Part shown: positions 24,551 to 37,141 of the stretch, one piece after another
Layout: every line of letters begins with the position of its first letter
Position numbering within the stretch: position 1 is the stretch's first letter
Source: Podarcis muralis
Lineage: Eukaryota
Assembly: GCF_964188315.1 (NCBI RefSeq)
Contig: NC_135662.1
Location: 61,256,001 to 61,320,000 of the forward strand
Direction of reading: 5' to 3'
DNA length: 64,000 bases
Translations under genes and position numbers: made by a program
The notes under the pieces: generated by a model
Seen by the model: the letters and a program-made list of their open reading frames with translations, nothing else
Databases searched by the model: none
What the model was told of the DNA's origin: nothing

Positions 24551-24864
24551 ATTAGAGACACATAACAGTTTCATAGCAATAGGACTTATTTTGACTGAAG
24601 CAAGAACTGGGAGCCTTTTTGCTGTTTTGTACTGGTATTACAAATCTTTGGTGAGAGTATACTAAATTGGGTAAGTCTCAATGAAATCATCAAAACTTGT
24701 TTCCGTGATACTTTTCCAAACACAAAGCACACCACATAATTCTTAGAATAATTTTAGAAGAATACATTCCATAGGTAAGTGAGAAACCCAAAGTGTTGCA
24801 TCCCATTATATCTGCACATGATTGAGATGAATTTATGTTAATGCAACAGAACTTCACTTTCCTC

Positions 24865-25115
24865 TCATAAGAAAATAAAAGCCCTGTTGGATCAGGCCAA
24901 ATGATCACTTAGTTCAGCATTCTGTCCTTACATAGAACAGCCAGGTGTTCATGGGAAACCTGAAAGCAGGACCTGAGCACAATTCGCAGAACTGCCACTG
25001 ACAGTAGAAAAAGAACAAAGCTAATTTGGTTCGTTGCTATTGATAGCCTTATCCCTCCATGAATTGTCTAATCCTCTTTTAAAGGCATCCAGGTTGGTGG
25101 CCATCACAATAGGCT
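24865..25115 (-). mobile_element. CR1-type LINE 3' end
   Basis: Minus-strand ORF tail MATNLDAFKRGLD..DKAIN, typical of CR1 RT C-termini, followed by 3' UTR-like sequence. Confidence 0.7.
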
Positions 25116-26008
25116 GCAGGAACATAATTCCAGGGTTTAATTTCAAAGCAAGATTGGGGGGGCACATGGAGGAAGGTGAAAAACTCATAAAGAGTTTAAC
25201 AGATTTTGATTGCACCCTAGTAGTTTGGGCAAAATATAAAACAGAAAATAAATTTCTGAAAAAGACGCTTTCAAATCTGAAAAATCCAAAATTAAGTAGT
25301 TCCCGCATTTTCTGTAACAGATGTTCAAGAAGGGGGGGCGGCGGCAAAAAGTTGTGTTTCCCAATAGAAATATGCCCGTGTAATACAGTACTGTGATTTT
25401 TAAAAAAATCAAAAAACCACCTTACCAGGTCCTTCGTTTTTCAACTGAAAATTAGATTTCGCCTAGAACTGTATGTTTAGCAAAATATATCTGAGTATCT
25501 AGAAGGCGTCTCTGTCTCCCTTGAGTTTTAAGAGTTTAAAACGGGGGGGGGGGTGCTTTACATTTCAATTCTAGACCCGCCTGTTGGGGTTTTTTTAAGT
25601 CCCATTAGTCCAACGCGGCTCAATTTCCCCTAGCGACGCTTAACGGTGCAACCGGGCTACGTCTAAAACGAAAGCCCTGGGCTGAGCCTTTGCAGAAAGC
25701 CCGATCCAACGGTCCCCCAAGGTACAGGTGTCAGCCTTAAGCGGCACAGCCTGAACTAAGCGCGCCCAGGAGGATTGCGCAGCCTTGCGCGGGGCCAACC
25801 CGACAGCGAGCGGGCGGGAGAAGCGAGTCTCCCGCACGCGCCGAGGCCTCCCTCACAGGGGCGGGGCTGGAGAAAACTCCACGAGAAGAGCCGGGGGAGC
25901 CTGAAAACCACCCCCAGAAGCGCCGGAGGGAGGCCGTTAAGGAATGAGAAGCGCCTGTTCGCCACCCGCCAGCGCCACCCGCGCTCCCTCAGCCCCTCCG
26001 ATACTAAC

Positions 26009-26035
26009 GTCTCCGGCCTTCCTGAGAGCCGCCAT
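26009..26035 (-). other. C6orf52: Exon-1-like segment MAALRKAGD of the TRNAU1AP paralog
   Basis: 27 coding nt then donor GTTAGT, same size and phase as TRNAU1AP exon 1 (MAASLWMGD); not demonstrably in frame with the RRM2 exons. Confidence 0.5.
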
Positions 26036-26334
26036 AACGAGGAGTTCGGATGTCGCAACGCTCCCTTCCGCCGCCGCCCCGCCTTCTTCCTTCTCCTCCC
26101 GACGACTTCCGCCCAAGGCTGCCCGGTGACTGCCTGTTTGTTTTACTTCCGGCCGCTCCTCCCGCCGCCCCCTCCTACGAGGAGGTCGAACGGGAAGCGC
26201 CAGTCAGTGAGGGCCGCGGCGCACGCGGGTGGCACAGTCTTCCGGCTCCTGATCAGGCGGGAGAAATAGACAACCCAACGCCGCACAGCTATTAAGGACC
26301 CCAGCGTCATTAGGTGCCGCCGAAAGGCTGAGAA

Positions 26335-26397
26335 ATGGAGCTGTTAGGGGGCTGCTACGAACAGGTACTCTTCGGGTTCGCGATACAGCCGGGTGAG
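26335..26397 (+). CDS. PAK1IP1: PAK1-interacting protein 1 (WD40, 60S biogenesis), exon 1
   Basis: MELLGGCYEQVLFGFAIQPGE matches human MELVAGCYEQVLFGFAV; donor GTAAGA. Ten exons join to 1101 nt = 366 aa plus stop, all phases consistent. Confidence 0.97.
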
Positions 26398-26687
26398 GTA
26401 AGAACTGTATTTTAAAAAAAAACCAAACCAAACCAAAGCGGGGGGCGGGGTTGGAAGGAGCAAAAAGTGGCGCGCTGTGCAGTTACAGCGCGAGGGCCGC
26501 ATGCGCGACGCACGCCACGCGAGATGCGACGCGCACGAGGGTCACGGGGGAGCTTGGCTGGCTCGCCTCGTCTTGCTCAAAGGCTTCCTTCCCAGAAGCC
26601 TTCGCGGCATTTGCCGCGCGCAGCTCCGCCCTTGTGGGTTCGAATGTTGCCTAGGTGATGGCGAGGAAAGGGCGTCTTCCTCCCGCT

Positions 26688-26813
26688 CATAGGAGGAACC
26701 ATGAGGGTCATCTAGTCCAACCCCCTTGAAATGCAGGAATACTTTTGCCCGACGTAGGATTCGAACCCACGACCCTGAGCTTAACAGCTTCGTGCTCTAC
26801 CGGCTGAGTTATC
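26688..26813 (-). mobile_element. tRNA-derived SINE with CR1-like tail
   Basis: Reverse strand shows A box ctcagccggtagagc and B box ggttcgaatcc, then gggggttggactagatgacc; acceptor stem not intact, so not a tRNA gene. Confidence 0.75.
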
Positions 26814-28110
26814 ATATCCTCCAACATTTAGGGACGTCCTATTCTGTTGTTGTTGTTTATACCCCGCCTATCTGACTGGGCTGCCCCAGCCACTCTGGGT
26901 GGCTTCCAACATCTATAGGAACAAAATAAAATACTAAATATTTAAAAGCTTACCTCTACAGCCTTCAGATGGCTCGGGGGTCTTGATGACTCCATACCGT
27001 CCAACATTTCTCCAATGAAAATAGAGACATCCTAAGGAAAAGCAGGACATTCCGGGATCAAATCAGAAACTGGGACGGTTTCTGTAAATCCAGGACTGTC
27101 CCTGAAAAAATAGGGACACTTGGAGGGTCTGATTATATCCCACTTTCCTCCAAGTAAAGGAGCTCAAGGCAGCATCCCCATCTATCCTCACAACAAGCCT
27201 GTGAGGTAGAGATTGTGACAAATTTCGATTTTAACAAATTTTGCGATGGTTCCTCAGCTGACCAGATATCTCCTTTATTGAACATGGAATGTTTTGTTTG
27301 CTCTGTGCACATTCTGGTCTTGATCCCAACAAAGTTCATCCTAGCTAAGTCCCTTTTAGAACTGTGACAGTCACTCCCATTGCTTTCATGGAACTGTAGC
27401 TTTATGAGGCTTTGCCCTCGGGTGGGAAAAATATTGCGCCCGGGAAAGGGAAAATGGGAGTCAACAGACACTCAAGGAATAGTTTCGGAGAAAAAGCTTT
27501 ATTTCTACCATCCATGAACTGGTAGAAGGAGCAAGTGCGATAACTCACAAAAAGTATGCACGGGTTCACAGTCATGTGCACAGAGTATACATTCCCCTTC
27601 CAGTTCCCTCCCCTTTCTCCTCCCTCAGGAGTCCTGCCTTGAGTTCCCCTGAGCATGAACAGAAAGCTCCTGTCTTGGGACTCTTCCCAGGAAAGGGGAA
27701 TGAGAACAGTTCAGCATGTCCAAGATGTTGCAACTAGAAGGAGATAAAAGTCAGTTCTCAGGCCTGCTCTGACAGAGTCTATTGATTAGCTTTTTGAAGC
27801 CTTCTTGTGCTGATAAAAGTAACGGTTTTTCCTATGTACCAGAATCTTGTGAGAATCCACAGAAAAGCTGTAGCTGTGGATTTTTAGAAGACAAAAGGAA
27901 TTTTGGACAGTTTTGAGGCCTGGTGTGATTATTGAGTGGGGGGGGTGACTTCGGGCCTAGGTGGGGTCACCTGTCCTCACCTTCCTTCAGAACTTGTTGG
28001 TGAATAGGATTAGCTGCATCAGGCCCTCTGAAGATTAGTTCCCTTTTTCTGTTTTAAAAATTGGGATATCATTAGCAAATAACAGTTGTTCTTTTATGTT
28101 TCATCTTCAG

Positions 28111-28273
28111 AACTGGTCAGCTCTTCCTGATTTCACCCACCATGCTCACACTGCTTCACTGTCCGCAGTAGCTGTGAATGACAGATATGTAGTCACTGGC
28201 AGCAAGGATGAAACCATACAAATCTACGACATGAAAAAGAAAGTAGAACATGGGGCACTGATGCAACACGATG
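28111..28273 (+). CDS. PAK1IP1: PAK1IP1 exon 2
   Basis: NWSALPDFTHHAHTASLSAVAV...EHGALMQHD; 163 nt, AG/GT. Confidence 0.97.
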
Positions 28274-28838
28274 GTAAGGGGCTTATCATTCTTGTATTAG
28301 TTGCATGGATTGGGAGTGAGATATGTATTAGTGGGAGTTGGTTCTGAGCAGGACTTAAGTATGAAGAGGCTTACAAATATTTGCCCTGATCCAGAGGCTA
28401 CTTGCATGAAAGGCTGCAAGCATAAAGGCTTCCTCATTCACTTCTTTATTATTAATAAAAAGGGAAGCCAGGTCCAGCAGGTGCCCCATGTGCATGCTGA
28501 AGTGCCTGTGGGATTCTGGATCAAGGGCACAGCCTTTAATCCAGCACATGGTAAAATGCACATGCCAACCTTATTTCAAGGGTTTGTTTCCAATTCTAAG
28601 CAGCATATACAGAAATAATTTTCATGGATCTCAGTCGACTCAAATTCAAAGTGGTACTGAGAACTGCAGGGTTCCTAGACACCAAATGATAGCCATAAGC
28701 TTCCAAACATAGTTTAGCATGTGCAGTTTTGCAGGGCATATGTAAATCTGCTATGCTGCAAAATTATTATTTTGAAATGTAGAAGACATGTTTTAGTTCA
28801 AAATACATTAAATGTAACTGATTTGCATGGATTTTCAG

Positions 28839-28959
28839 GCACTGTAACTTGCTTGGAATTTTATGGAAGTTCACATTTATTGAGTGGAGCTGAGGACGGT
28901 TTAATATGCATTTGGAACACAAAAAGATGGGAGTGCTTAAAGTCCATTAAGGCACACAA
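28839..28959 (+). CDS. PAK1IP1: PAK1IP1 exon 3
   Basis: GTVTCLEFYGSSHLLSGAEDGLICIW...KAHK; 121 nt. Confidence 0.97.
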
Positions 28960-30224
28960 GTAAGCATTGTTTTCTTCTTTTAAAAAAGTGTATGGCTTAA
29001 TTTCAGAGTTGCATGAGAAGCTTTCTTATGCTCTCTTCCCCTGCAACCATTCCAAAACAACTTTTCCAGAGAATCCAAAATGGCATGGTACAGAAGGCTG
29101 CAGTGGGTGGTGGAAATTGGATAGGAACGCCTTGCAGAAACTACATCCCATGCTGTTCTGGAGGGTTTCTTGAATAATAAATAATAATAAATTTTATTTA
29201 TATCCCGCCCTCCCCAGCCGAAGCCGGGCTCAGGGCGGCTAACAACAATAAAATAGTACAAAAGTACAGCATAAACAACATTCTAAAATCATTCATTATA
29301 AAAATTAATTAATTCAAGCCACTAGCAACCTGAAGTTGTTTACAAGCCTATATATTTATCACACACGTGCGATAAGCAGAGAATGCAGCATAAAACAGTT
29401 GTAAAATATCATTATGAAACAATTATTATTAGAAAAATAGTATAAGACTCAAGCAACAACCAAGTCAGCCTAAGTTTGTTACTGCCCACAAACTCACCTA
29501 AACAACTAAGAAAACGCAGTAGGATCAGGTTGGGGCAGGTTTTTCAATTAGGGAGTTCAAGTACACCACTGAAGTGTAACAACTGAGGAGGCTCCAGGGG
29601 TAGTCAGTCTTTTTATACCTATGACCCACTAATGCATCTTTCTTGATGGGAAAATTTCCTTACCGCCCACCAGTGCTCGATGGAAGGAGGATTCTGCTTG
29701 TGCCGTAGAACCCCCTACCAGGGACCAGGTTGAAAATTCCTGCTCTAGTCTGAGCTTTCATTGATACTATTTCCCAGGGTTGTAGAATCTGGATATGTCA
29801 GGATTGGGAACTTCTTGTTGTTTTTTAAGCTGTTTATATCTCACGCTTAATCAAAAGGATCTCAGGGTGGATAACAGTCAAACTAAAAATAATAATATCA
29901 ATATATAACCCCTCTCCCAAGAATATATATAAAAACACAATATATCCACCATCTCTCAGCTGATAGTTAGTATTAGTTTTCAGAAGCCTGTGAAGTCATG
30001 CCATGTTTTAAGCCACTTGAGTTTTCAAGTGGATTGCAGGGGGCAGGGGGTTCAAAGGCAGGGTGCCACTACAGAAAAGATCTCACCGCACGTCACCCCC
30101 ACAAAGGTAGTTCCTAATGGCAGGGTGCAAAAGACGGCCGTAATTCATGGGCAGCATTTAGTTATTATTGCTAGTGAGTTCGTGGGAGTAATGAATCTTG
30201 ACTTTCATTTGCTCTTTTTATCAG

Positions 30225-30299
30225 GGGACATGTGACATCTTTTTCTATTCATCCTTCTGGGAAATTAGCTTTGTCAGTAGGAACAGACAAGACGTTAAG
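30225..30299 (+). CDS. PAK1IP1: PAK1IP1 exon 4
   Basis: GHVTSFSIHPSGKLALSVGTDKTLR; 75 nt. Confidence 0.96.
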
Positions 30300-30508
30300 G
30301 TGAGTCGGAAGGTTGCAACTTCAGAAACATTCATTTTAGTTTTATTTAAAACTTTAGGTTCTTATTTTCTGTAAACTCAAAGCAATTAACAAGTGATACA
30401 AATTCAAAAAGAAGTCCCGGGGGGGGGGGACGACATTAAATTGTTCATTTTTTAAAACTAGTTAATTCTTCCCTCCAAAATATGTTTATTAAGCATCTTG
30501 TTTTTCAG

Positions 30509-30561
30509 AACATGGAACCTTGTAGAAGGAAGATCTGCATTCATAAAAAATATAAAACAAA
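30509..30561 (+). CDS. PAK1IP1: PAK1IP1 exon 5
   Basis: TWNLVEGRSAFIKNIKQ; 53 nt. Confidence 0.96.
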
Positions 30562-31569
30562 GTGAGTATATCCTCTTTGCATTTTGTCGTATTTTGTAAT
30601 TATAGAAATGTTTGTGCATTGCCAAATACCATGTGTGTCTCATTTTTTAGTCCAGAGTCCACAGTTATTGTGTCCTTGGATTTGTGAGGCAGCCCTGAAA
30701 ACTCCGAGAATCTCTATTTGTTACACAAACGTTTCAAGGTCCCCATTGCCTCATAATCTCCATTACCTTATTATCACATTAAATGCTATTATAAGTCACC
30801 AGCCTTCTTACTGGCAATTGTTCCTGGCAGAAACCTCATCCCCATCCTGAGTCCTATCCCTCCTCTGAACCCTTCAAAGCCCCTATCAATCTATGTTAAT
30901 GGCTCTCAAGTTCTTAGTCTCCTATATTCTGGAGTTACCTGCTGAGTGCTTCCAAGCAGTTTTTCTTGCTTCATGCCTCTTTCCCTTCAGAATAGCTAGG
31001 ATTTGGTTTTTCTGTTAGGAGTGCTTCTCATGTCTTTGCACTGGTGGCATCTATGAAGGCAAAATAGTTAAACCATGCTCCCCAGCACACCACCTAAATC
31101 TCCAGAAGGTCTTGGGATCCTTCAGGCAGCATGGGAGATGAAATGGGGTCCTGCAGGATGGAAACCGAATTGCCGGAAATCATCTCCTTGACAGAAGCCT
31201 CTGCTGGATGAGAGCCTTCCTTGAACACACCACTGGCTACATGTTTTGCAAAGCAGAACCATTAAGGAAACTTTGGTTTATAGATAACTAATATATTTGC
31301 CTTTTTTATATCTTTATAGCCAACACTCTTTTAAAAGACATGTAAAAAGAAGGCAAAATTTTTACTTAGTGGGGTATATGTAACATTTCGTACTGTGAAT
31401 AAGTATTTGTAGCGCATCACATTTGAAAAGAATCTTTGTCTAAGAGAGATGTTCTAGCAATATTCAGAAGGGAACTGGGAGGGGGGTCAGTAGCTTAACA
31501 GTGTCCAATATGTTTCATTTCTCTATTTGGCTTAGATTGCTGATAACATTCAGTATCAGGACTCAGCTA

Positions 31570-31781
31570 CAGTGGTACCTTGGTTTACAACCATAATCCG
31601 TTCCGGCGGTCTGGATGTAAACAGAAACAGGTTGTAACCCAAGGTGCACTTTCACCAATGGGGACTCCAAAAAAGGGGGGTTGTAATAAAAAAAAATGGG
31701 TTGTAATCCAAAAAAAGGGACACACACTTTTGGGTTTGACATGGTTGTAATCCAAAACGGTTGCAGACCAAGGTACCACTG
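31570..31781. mobile_element. Tc1/mariner-type MITE
   Basis: cagtggtaccttggttt...ccaaggtaccactg with TA flanks. Confidence 0.85.
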
Positions 31782-32016
31782 TATACAGCTGCAAATAAAA
31801 CATTTTAAATGTGACACTTTATGGCGATGGCGAGCCTTATGGAAAATTATTTGTATTTTTAAAAACACTTTTAAAAAAAGCATTTTCTGAATGTTTTCCA
31901 TATGTGTGTAGATTCCACTTTAGATTTCCTTATTTTGTTTGCAGTAAAGTGATTATTTGGTGTCTATTTGAAATTAATATTTTATAAAATCTGTATCATT
32001 CTTCCTCTTAACGTAG

Positions 32017-32162
32017 ATGCGCATCTTGTTAAATGGTCACCCAGTGGTGAGGTATACGTGGTAGTTATAGCTAACAAAGTGGATATATACAACCTTGAAA
32101 CTGCTTCTATTTCTGGCACCATTGTTGCAGAAAAGAGAATATCTTCAGTAAAGTTTCTTACA
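32017..32162 (+). CDS. PAK1IP1: PAK1IP1 exon 6
   Basis: AHLVKWSPSGEVY...EKRISSVKFLT; 146 nt. Confidence 0.96.
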
Positions 32163-32246
32163 GTAAGTAGTAATGCAGTGTTAAAGTAAGTAAAGCATTT
32201 TAAATAAATTAAATCTGATTTATGTTTTCTTCACCTTTTCTTTCAG

Positions 32247-32344
32247 GATTCCATACTTGCTATTGCAGGAGATGAAGAATTTGTACGGTTATTTAATTGT
32301 GAATCTCAAAAGTGCCTTTGTGAATTTAAAGCTCATGAAAAAAG
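32247..32344 (+). CDS. PAK1IP1: PAK1IP1 exon 7
   Basis: DSILAIAGDEEFVRLFNCESQKCLCEFKAHEKR; 98 nt. Confidence 0.96.
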
Positions 32345-32651
32345 GTATTTTATTTCTGAAACATAATAGAAAGGATATTATGCATGCTTTGGCTCAACTT
32401 TTAGGATTATATAATAGTTTTTAATTTTTTCTCTTTGGATTCTTGTTTTGTATTTTCATTATGAATGTGCCGTAGTTTAGCACTTCAATTTTTTTTACTG
32501 ATTTTAACATGGAAGAATGCATGTGTTTAAACCAGTAGCACTTAGTTAAATAGGGCTGAATTGTGTCCTATCGCCAGTTTTCTTAGTGCTTGCTGCTATT
32601 TCATTTTTACCGATTTTATTGGGATATTTCATATCAACTATTGATCCATAG

Positions 32652-32751
32652 AGTAAAAGAGATCTACACTTTTGAAATGGAAGGCTTACATATTCTGGTG
32701 ACTGCATCCAGCGATGGATTCCTTAAGATGTGGAGTCTTGATCTTGAGAAG
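32652..32751 (+). CDS. PAK1IP1: PAK1IP1 exon 8
   Basis: VKEIYTFE...VTASSDGFLKMWSLDLEK; 100 nt. Confidence 0.96.
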
Positions 32752-33336
32752 GTTTGTATATTACAAAGCTAAGTGCACCATTCATGGTTGAATCCTAAAT
32801 TCCAAGAAGTGCAGTAGCGTACTTCTGAGTAAAGACAGCTAGGATTACGTTACAGGTGTGCCTGTGGCAGCCAAGTGAAAAGAGAAGTCACAGCTTTTAC
32901 ACCTTTAAGAGTTGTGTAGAAGAGGGCATTTCAGCAGGTAAGCTACATCTTCTGAAATCCCGTCATCAATACAAATATTAATGGTGTAAGCCCTTCTCTT
33001 TTTTTGATCTGGCCATCCAAGTTGTCCCCATCCTATCTTGGTTTGTTTGTTTGAAGAGTCATTTTGCTGTTGGTTTCACAGGGTGTGGATTCAACCTATG
33101 GGAACATATGGAAGCTTCCTTATAGTTAGTCAGCCCATTGGTCCATCTTGCTTCATAGGGTCTACTGTGCTCTGCTTGGCAGCAGCTCTACCAAAATTCC
33201 AGACAGGATTCACTCCCAGTCCTACCTAGAGATGCCAGGAATTAAGACTTAAGCACTTGGAGTTTTCTCCATTGCTGCTACAGAACAACATGGTTTCTGG
33301 GATTTACGTTAACCATTTCTTTTCCCCTCCCTTCAG

Positions 33337-33463
33337 ATTAATAATTCCCCGTCATTGCTGTGTGAAGTCAATACTAAGGCCAGGCTTACCTGTTTAGCAG
33401 TTTGGCACAAAAGAGATTCAGAAGCCAAGAAGATCCCCAATGAAGCCACAACATCCTCTCAAG
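33337..33463 (+). CDS. PAK1IP1: PAK1IP1 exon 9
   Basis: INNSPSLLCEVNTKARLTCLAVW...; 127 nt. Confidence 0.95.
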
Positions 33464-34075
33464 GTATCATAAAGATTCCTGGACTTCTGTTAAGTTTTCA
33501 GCTGTAGGTAATACAGCAATGACTTGTTTAAAAAAGGGTTGATATATATTAACCAGATCCTACCATAAAGTATATTTACAACGTTTTGGGGACAAGTGAT
33601 TTTGCCTCTCATCAAACCAGTTCGCTCTGCAGAGTTGAAAAACGCACAGGTCCAATGATAGTTTGATTCAAGTTATTATTTAGACAAGGGTGGTCATGGA
33701 GGTTGCTGTTCATACATTCAACAAAAAAACAACTGGTTATTTTGTAAAATGTAGACTCCAATTTCTCCCTCTATTCATCTTTGCCCCAAAGATGCTTCTG
33801 TAAGTAGTCAGTGTTTGGGGCTGTTTTCTCTTTTCCTTTGCAGTGCCCTTCAGCCTTTCTAAATCTGTTCTAGAGGACTAGGGGAACCTTTGGAGTGGAT
33901 GTGGGAAGCTGCAGGAGAAATTTGTGAAAATATTCTCTCTCTGCCTTCCGTTCATGGAAGCCTCCCCTGGAAGAAAGAGCCTTCCATGTGTAGAGGGACA
34001 CACTTGAATACTTTCCAGTGTATTTAAAGCATTACATCTTTAAATTTTACAACGAATAACTTCATTTTGTTTCAG

Positions 34076-34230
34076 CGCATGAAGAGGAGCAACCATTGAT
34101 AAAGAAAAAGAAAATTGGTTGGGCTGAGTGTGATAAGTCATCAGAGGGTGATGTCCAAGAAACCCTCAAGAAAGGAAAATCGGCTGGTGTGCAGCAAAAG
34201 AAGAAAAAGATAATGCAGAAATTAAAGTGA
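34076..34230 (+). CDS. PAK1IP1: PAK1IP1 exon 10 (Lys-rich tail, stop)
   Basis: HEEEQPLIKKKKIG...QQKKKKIMQKLK*; 155 nt; AATAAA at about 34258 and 34438. Confidence 0.9.
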
Positions 34231-34695
34231 ATATGTCACTACCATTTGCAATCCTACAATAAATTGCCACCAATTTCCAGCACAATTTTTTACTTAATTG
34301 CAATATTATGGCTATGCATTCATGGCAATTTGATCTGTTAATATTTATAGAAAGGAACCATTTTTATTTAAGCTGTGAGCATTTCCAGATCCTATGACAA
34401 AATGTTTTTACAGAGGAGGAAACATTTTATGTTGTTAAATAAATATTTTATATAAAGCACCTGAAACATTCTGTTGTAGTGGTTGAATTTATAAGTTTTG
34501 GAAGAACAAGTACAGAAATCTTCCTAATATGAAAATACTTTTTAATTATTAATATAGGGTGATATGCTTGGATTCAGCATGCCATCTTAGTTATGATGAA
34601 ATTATTTTGTGGTTCATTTATATAATGTTTTTTGGCCCAAAGGCCCCCAAAGTATAAACAGAATATTAATGCAAATTACAAACCTGATAGAAGTA

Positions 34696-35590
34696 CAAAA
34701 AGTAAAAAAGTAAAGGTAAAGGACCACTGACAGTTAAGTCCAGTTGCAGATGACTCAGGAGTTGCGGCGCTCATATTGCTTTACAGGCCGAGGGAGCTGT
34801 ATGTCCGCAGACAGTTTTTCCAGGTCATGTGGCCAGCATGACTAAGCCGCTTCTGGTGCAACGGAACACCGAAACCAGAGCAGCGCACAGAAACGCTCTT
34901 TACCTTCCCACTGGAGCAGTACCTATTTATCTACTTGCACTTTTTGGCTTGCTTTCGAACTGCTAGGTTAGCAGGAGCTGGGACTGAGCAACAGGAGCTC
35001 ACCCCATTGTGGGGATTCGAACCGCCGGCCTTCTGATCGGCAAGCCCTAGAGCAGGGGTCTGCAACCCGCGGCTCCGGAGCCGCATGTGGCTTTTTTACA
35101 CCTTTGCCGCGGCTCCGGGGCGGATACTAGCGAGGGGAGGAGGCGCATTGCGCGCCCCGACACTCCCCACTGTGGCGGGCGCTGTACTGGCTGTGACGTC
35201 GCATGGGGACGGTGCGTGCGTTAGTCACGCACCGTCCCGACGTCACCTTCCTGCCCACCCACCCACCCGCTACATTGTAAGGGGCATGTATGCTGGTCAC
35301 TGCATTGAAAGGGGGCATGTACGCTGGTCACTGTTTTGAAGGGGAGTGAAGAACACACACACACACAAAAAAGGTAACTTGTTAATTTAACATTTATTTC
35401 TATGAGGAGGAGTAATTCTGAGGGGTCAAACAAAGAAATAATAAAAAAGTGACAAAAAAGTTATTTTTATAATGACGAGTTTTGCGACTCCCAGTTTTTT
35501 TTTTCTTCGGAAACGGGTCCAAGTGGCTCTTTTTGTCTTAAAGGTTGCAGACCCCTGCCCTAGAGGCTCAGTGGTTTAGACCATAGCGCA
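34696..35590 (-). mobile_element. Sauria SINE interrupted by a hAT MITE
   Basis: (AAAGGT)-type tail, gtcatgtggccagcatgact stem-loop, ggattcgaacc B box; sequence resumes at 35566 after the inserted MITE. Confidence 0.85.
35053..35557. mobile_element. hAT MITE nested in the Sauria SINE
   Basis: TIR caggggtctgcaacc...ggttgcagacccctg; 8-bp TSD ccctagag (35045-35052, 35558-35565). Confidence 0.9.
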
Positions 35591-35729
35591 ATATAAAAAA
35601 GCAAAACCACTGAATGCCCACCAATCATACTGGAGATACATTTGTGAGTGTCATTCATGCTCTCGCCATAGAGACAGCTCGTCCGCCCTCTCCTTGGCAA
35701 TTAGAAGTCAGGTTAACACACCCACACCC

Positions 35730-35799
35730 TAGGGTTGCCATATTTCATATATTCAGGACAAAGCGCTGCCTTTCGGAAATTCCCCATATGGCAGCCTTA
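35730..35799. mobile_element. Minimal 70-bp hAT-type MITE
   Basis: tagggttgccatat...atatggcagcctta; flanks ccacaccc / gcacaccc (7 of 8 match). Confidence 0.55.
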
Positions 35800-36849
35800 G
35801 CACACCCTGACTCAGTTCAACTTGGGAGCAATCCCACTGACTCCCCACTGACATATTTTGCTTCCTACTAGACCTTTTGATGACAGTGAGGTTTTCTTTT
35901 GAGCAAAAAGGCATAGGGTTGCACTATGGACAGAACTAGAATCTTCTCGCATAAATGTAATGGCCTATTGGGATTCTTTTCTGTTTTACTTTGATTGCAA
36001 CAGTAGTGCAGCAACCAACTTCCTATTCTTATCTGACTGCCCAGTTCATACAAGCAACTTGTTATCTAACTGAAGCCATAATAATTTTCAGGGTCCATTT
36101 AGCTCATTTGCCAGCACTGACTGGACAGTAGGGTTTCAGGGAGGAAGTCTGCCTGGACCTAATTTGGAGATGATGGGGATCAAACCTGGGACATTCTGCA
36201 TACAAAACTCCAGCAGTGAGCTAAGGTCCATGCAATCCTAAATTTGCCTACTTACACAAGTAAATCATACTGAGTTTAGTGTGATTTATTCCCAGATAAG
36301 CGTTTATAGTGTTGCAGTCAAAGGCCAGATCCATATGTTTAAAACACCTGGCTTTTCCCAAAGAATGCTGGGAGTTGTAGTTCTGTGAAGAGGAAACTAC
36401 AGTTCCCACGATTCTTTGGGGTCAGTCATGTGCTATAAATGTACCACTTTTACTTTTACCACTAAAAATAAATAAATAAAACTACCATACAGGGTTGTTG
36501 TGAGGATAAAATTAAATAAATCAAAATACGGTGTGGACTTGCGCTTAATTCCTACCCAGTAAATGTACTTGTGGCTGCAACCTGCCTTAACCAGCCCTGA
36601 AGTTTCTAATGAAGGTTTTTAATTTGTTGCAACGTTCGGTGTGGATTTCAGGGTTGCAAGAACCACCCCACCCCCTTGCCCCTGTAAAACAGGCTCCCTC
36701 TCTCTCTCTCTCTCTCTCTGTAATATTCCAGAGAAACTGAAAAGAAAAGTCACTGTTTAGAGCTCGTCTCTTTTATGCGTGCAAATATTAGTTTGGATGC
36801 AACCATTGGGGATTGCACCAGCAGGGTGGAAAAACGCTTTTGCAATGGC

Positions 36850-37141
36850 TCAGAGGAATGTTCTGATGCTTTGCCTCGCCTTTAATGAAATAACGCCCCA
36901 CCCCACCCCCGGCTGTGGTACGTTTGGGTTGACGTAGTAGCTTTCTGTAAGAAAACCAAAGGGCAAGTCGCTGCTTGGCCACGATTTTGCAAATACAACT
37001 CGGGTTGTTGCTCTGCTTGGCCCGCGGTCACGTGCGTTGCTGTTTTGTAGTTCTCCCATTGCCCGGCGGGTTCGGTATTTGCACGGCTCGGTTTTGTTCT
37101 GAGTTCCTACGTTGTGACTCTTCTGCTGCTGCTCCTGCAGA
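36850..37141 (+). promoter_or_regulatory. TMEM14C: TMEM14C promoter and non-coding exon 1
   Basis: Small CpG cluster with cacgtg; consensus donor GTAAGT at 37142, upstream of the ATG exon. Confidence 0.7.

Larger units (their letters stand above)
25700..26700. promoter_or_regulatory. Bidirectional CpG-island promoter PAK1IP1 / C6orf52
   Basis: CpG-rich; ETS-type acttccgg near 26146, NRF1-type gcatgcgc near 26499, GC boxes; divergent ATGs at 26035 (minus) and 26335 (plus). Confidence 0.85.

Noticed and set aside
26740-26813. tRNA-Lys-like sequence on the minus strand
   Set aside because: Acceptor stem is degenerate and it runs into a CR1-like SINE tail; a SINE head, not a tRNA gene.
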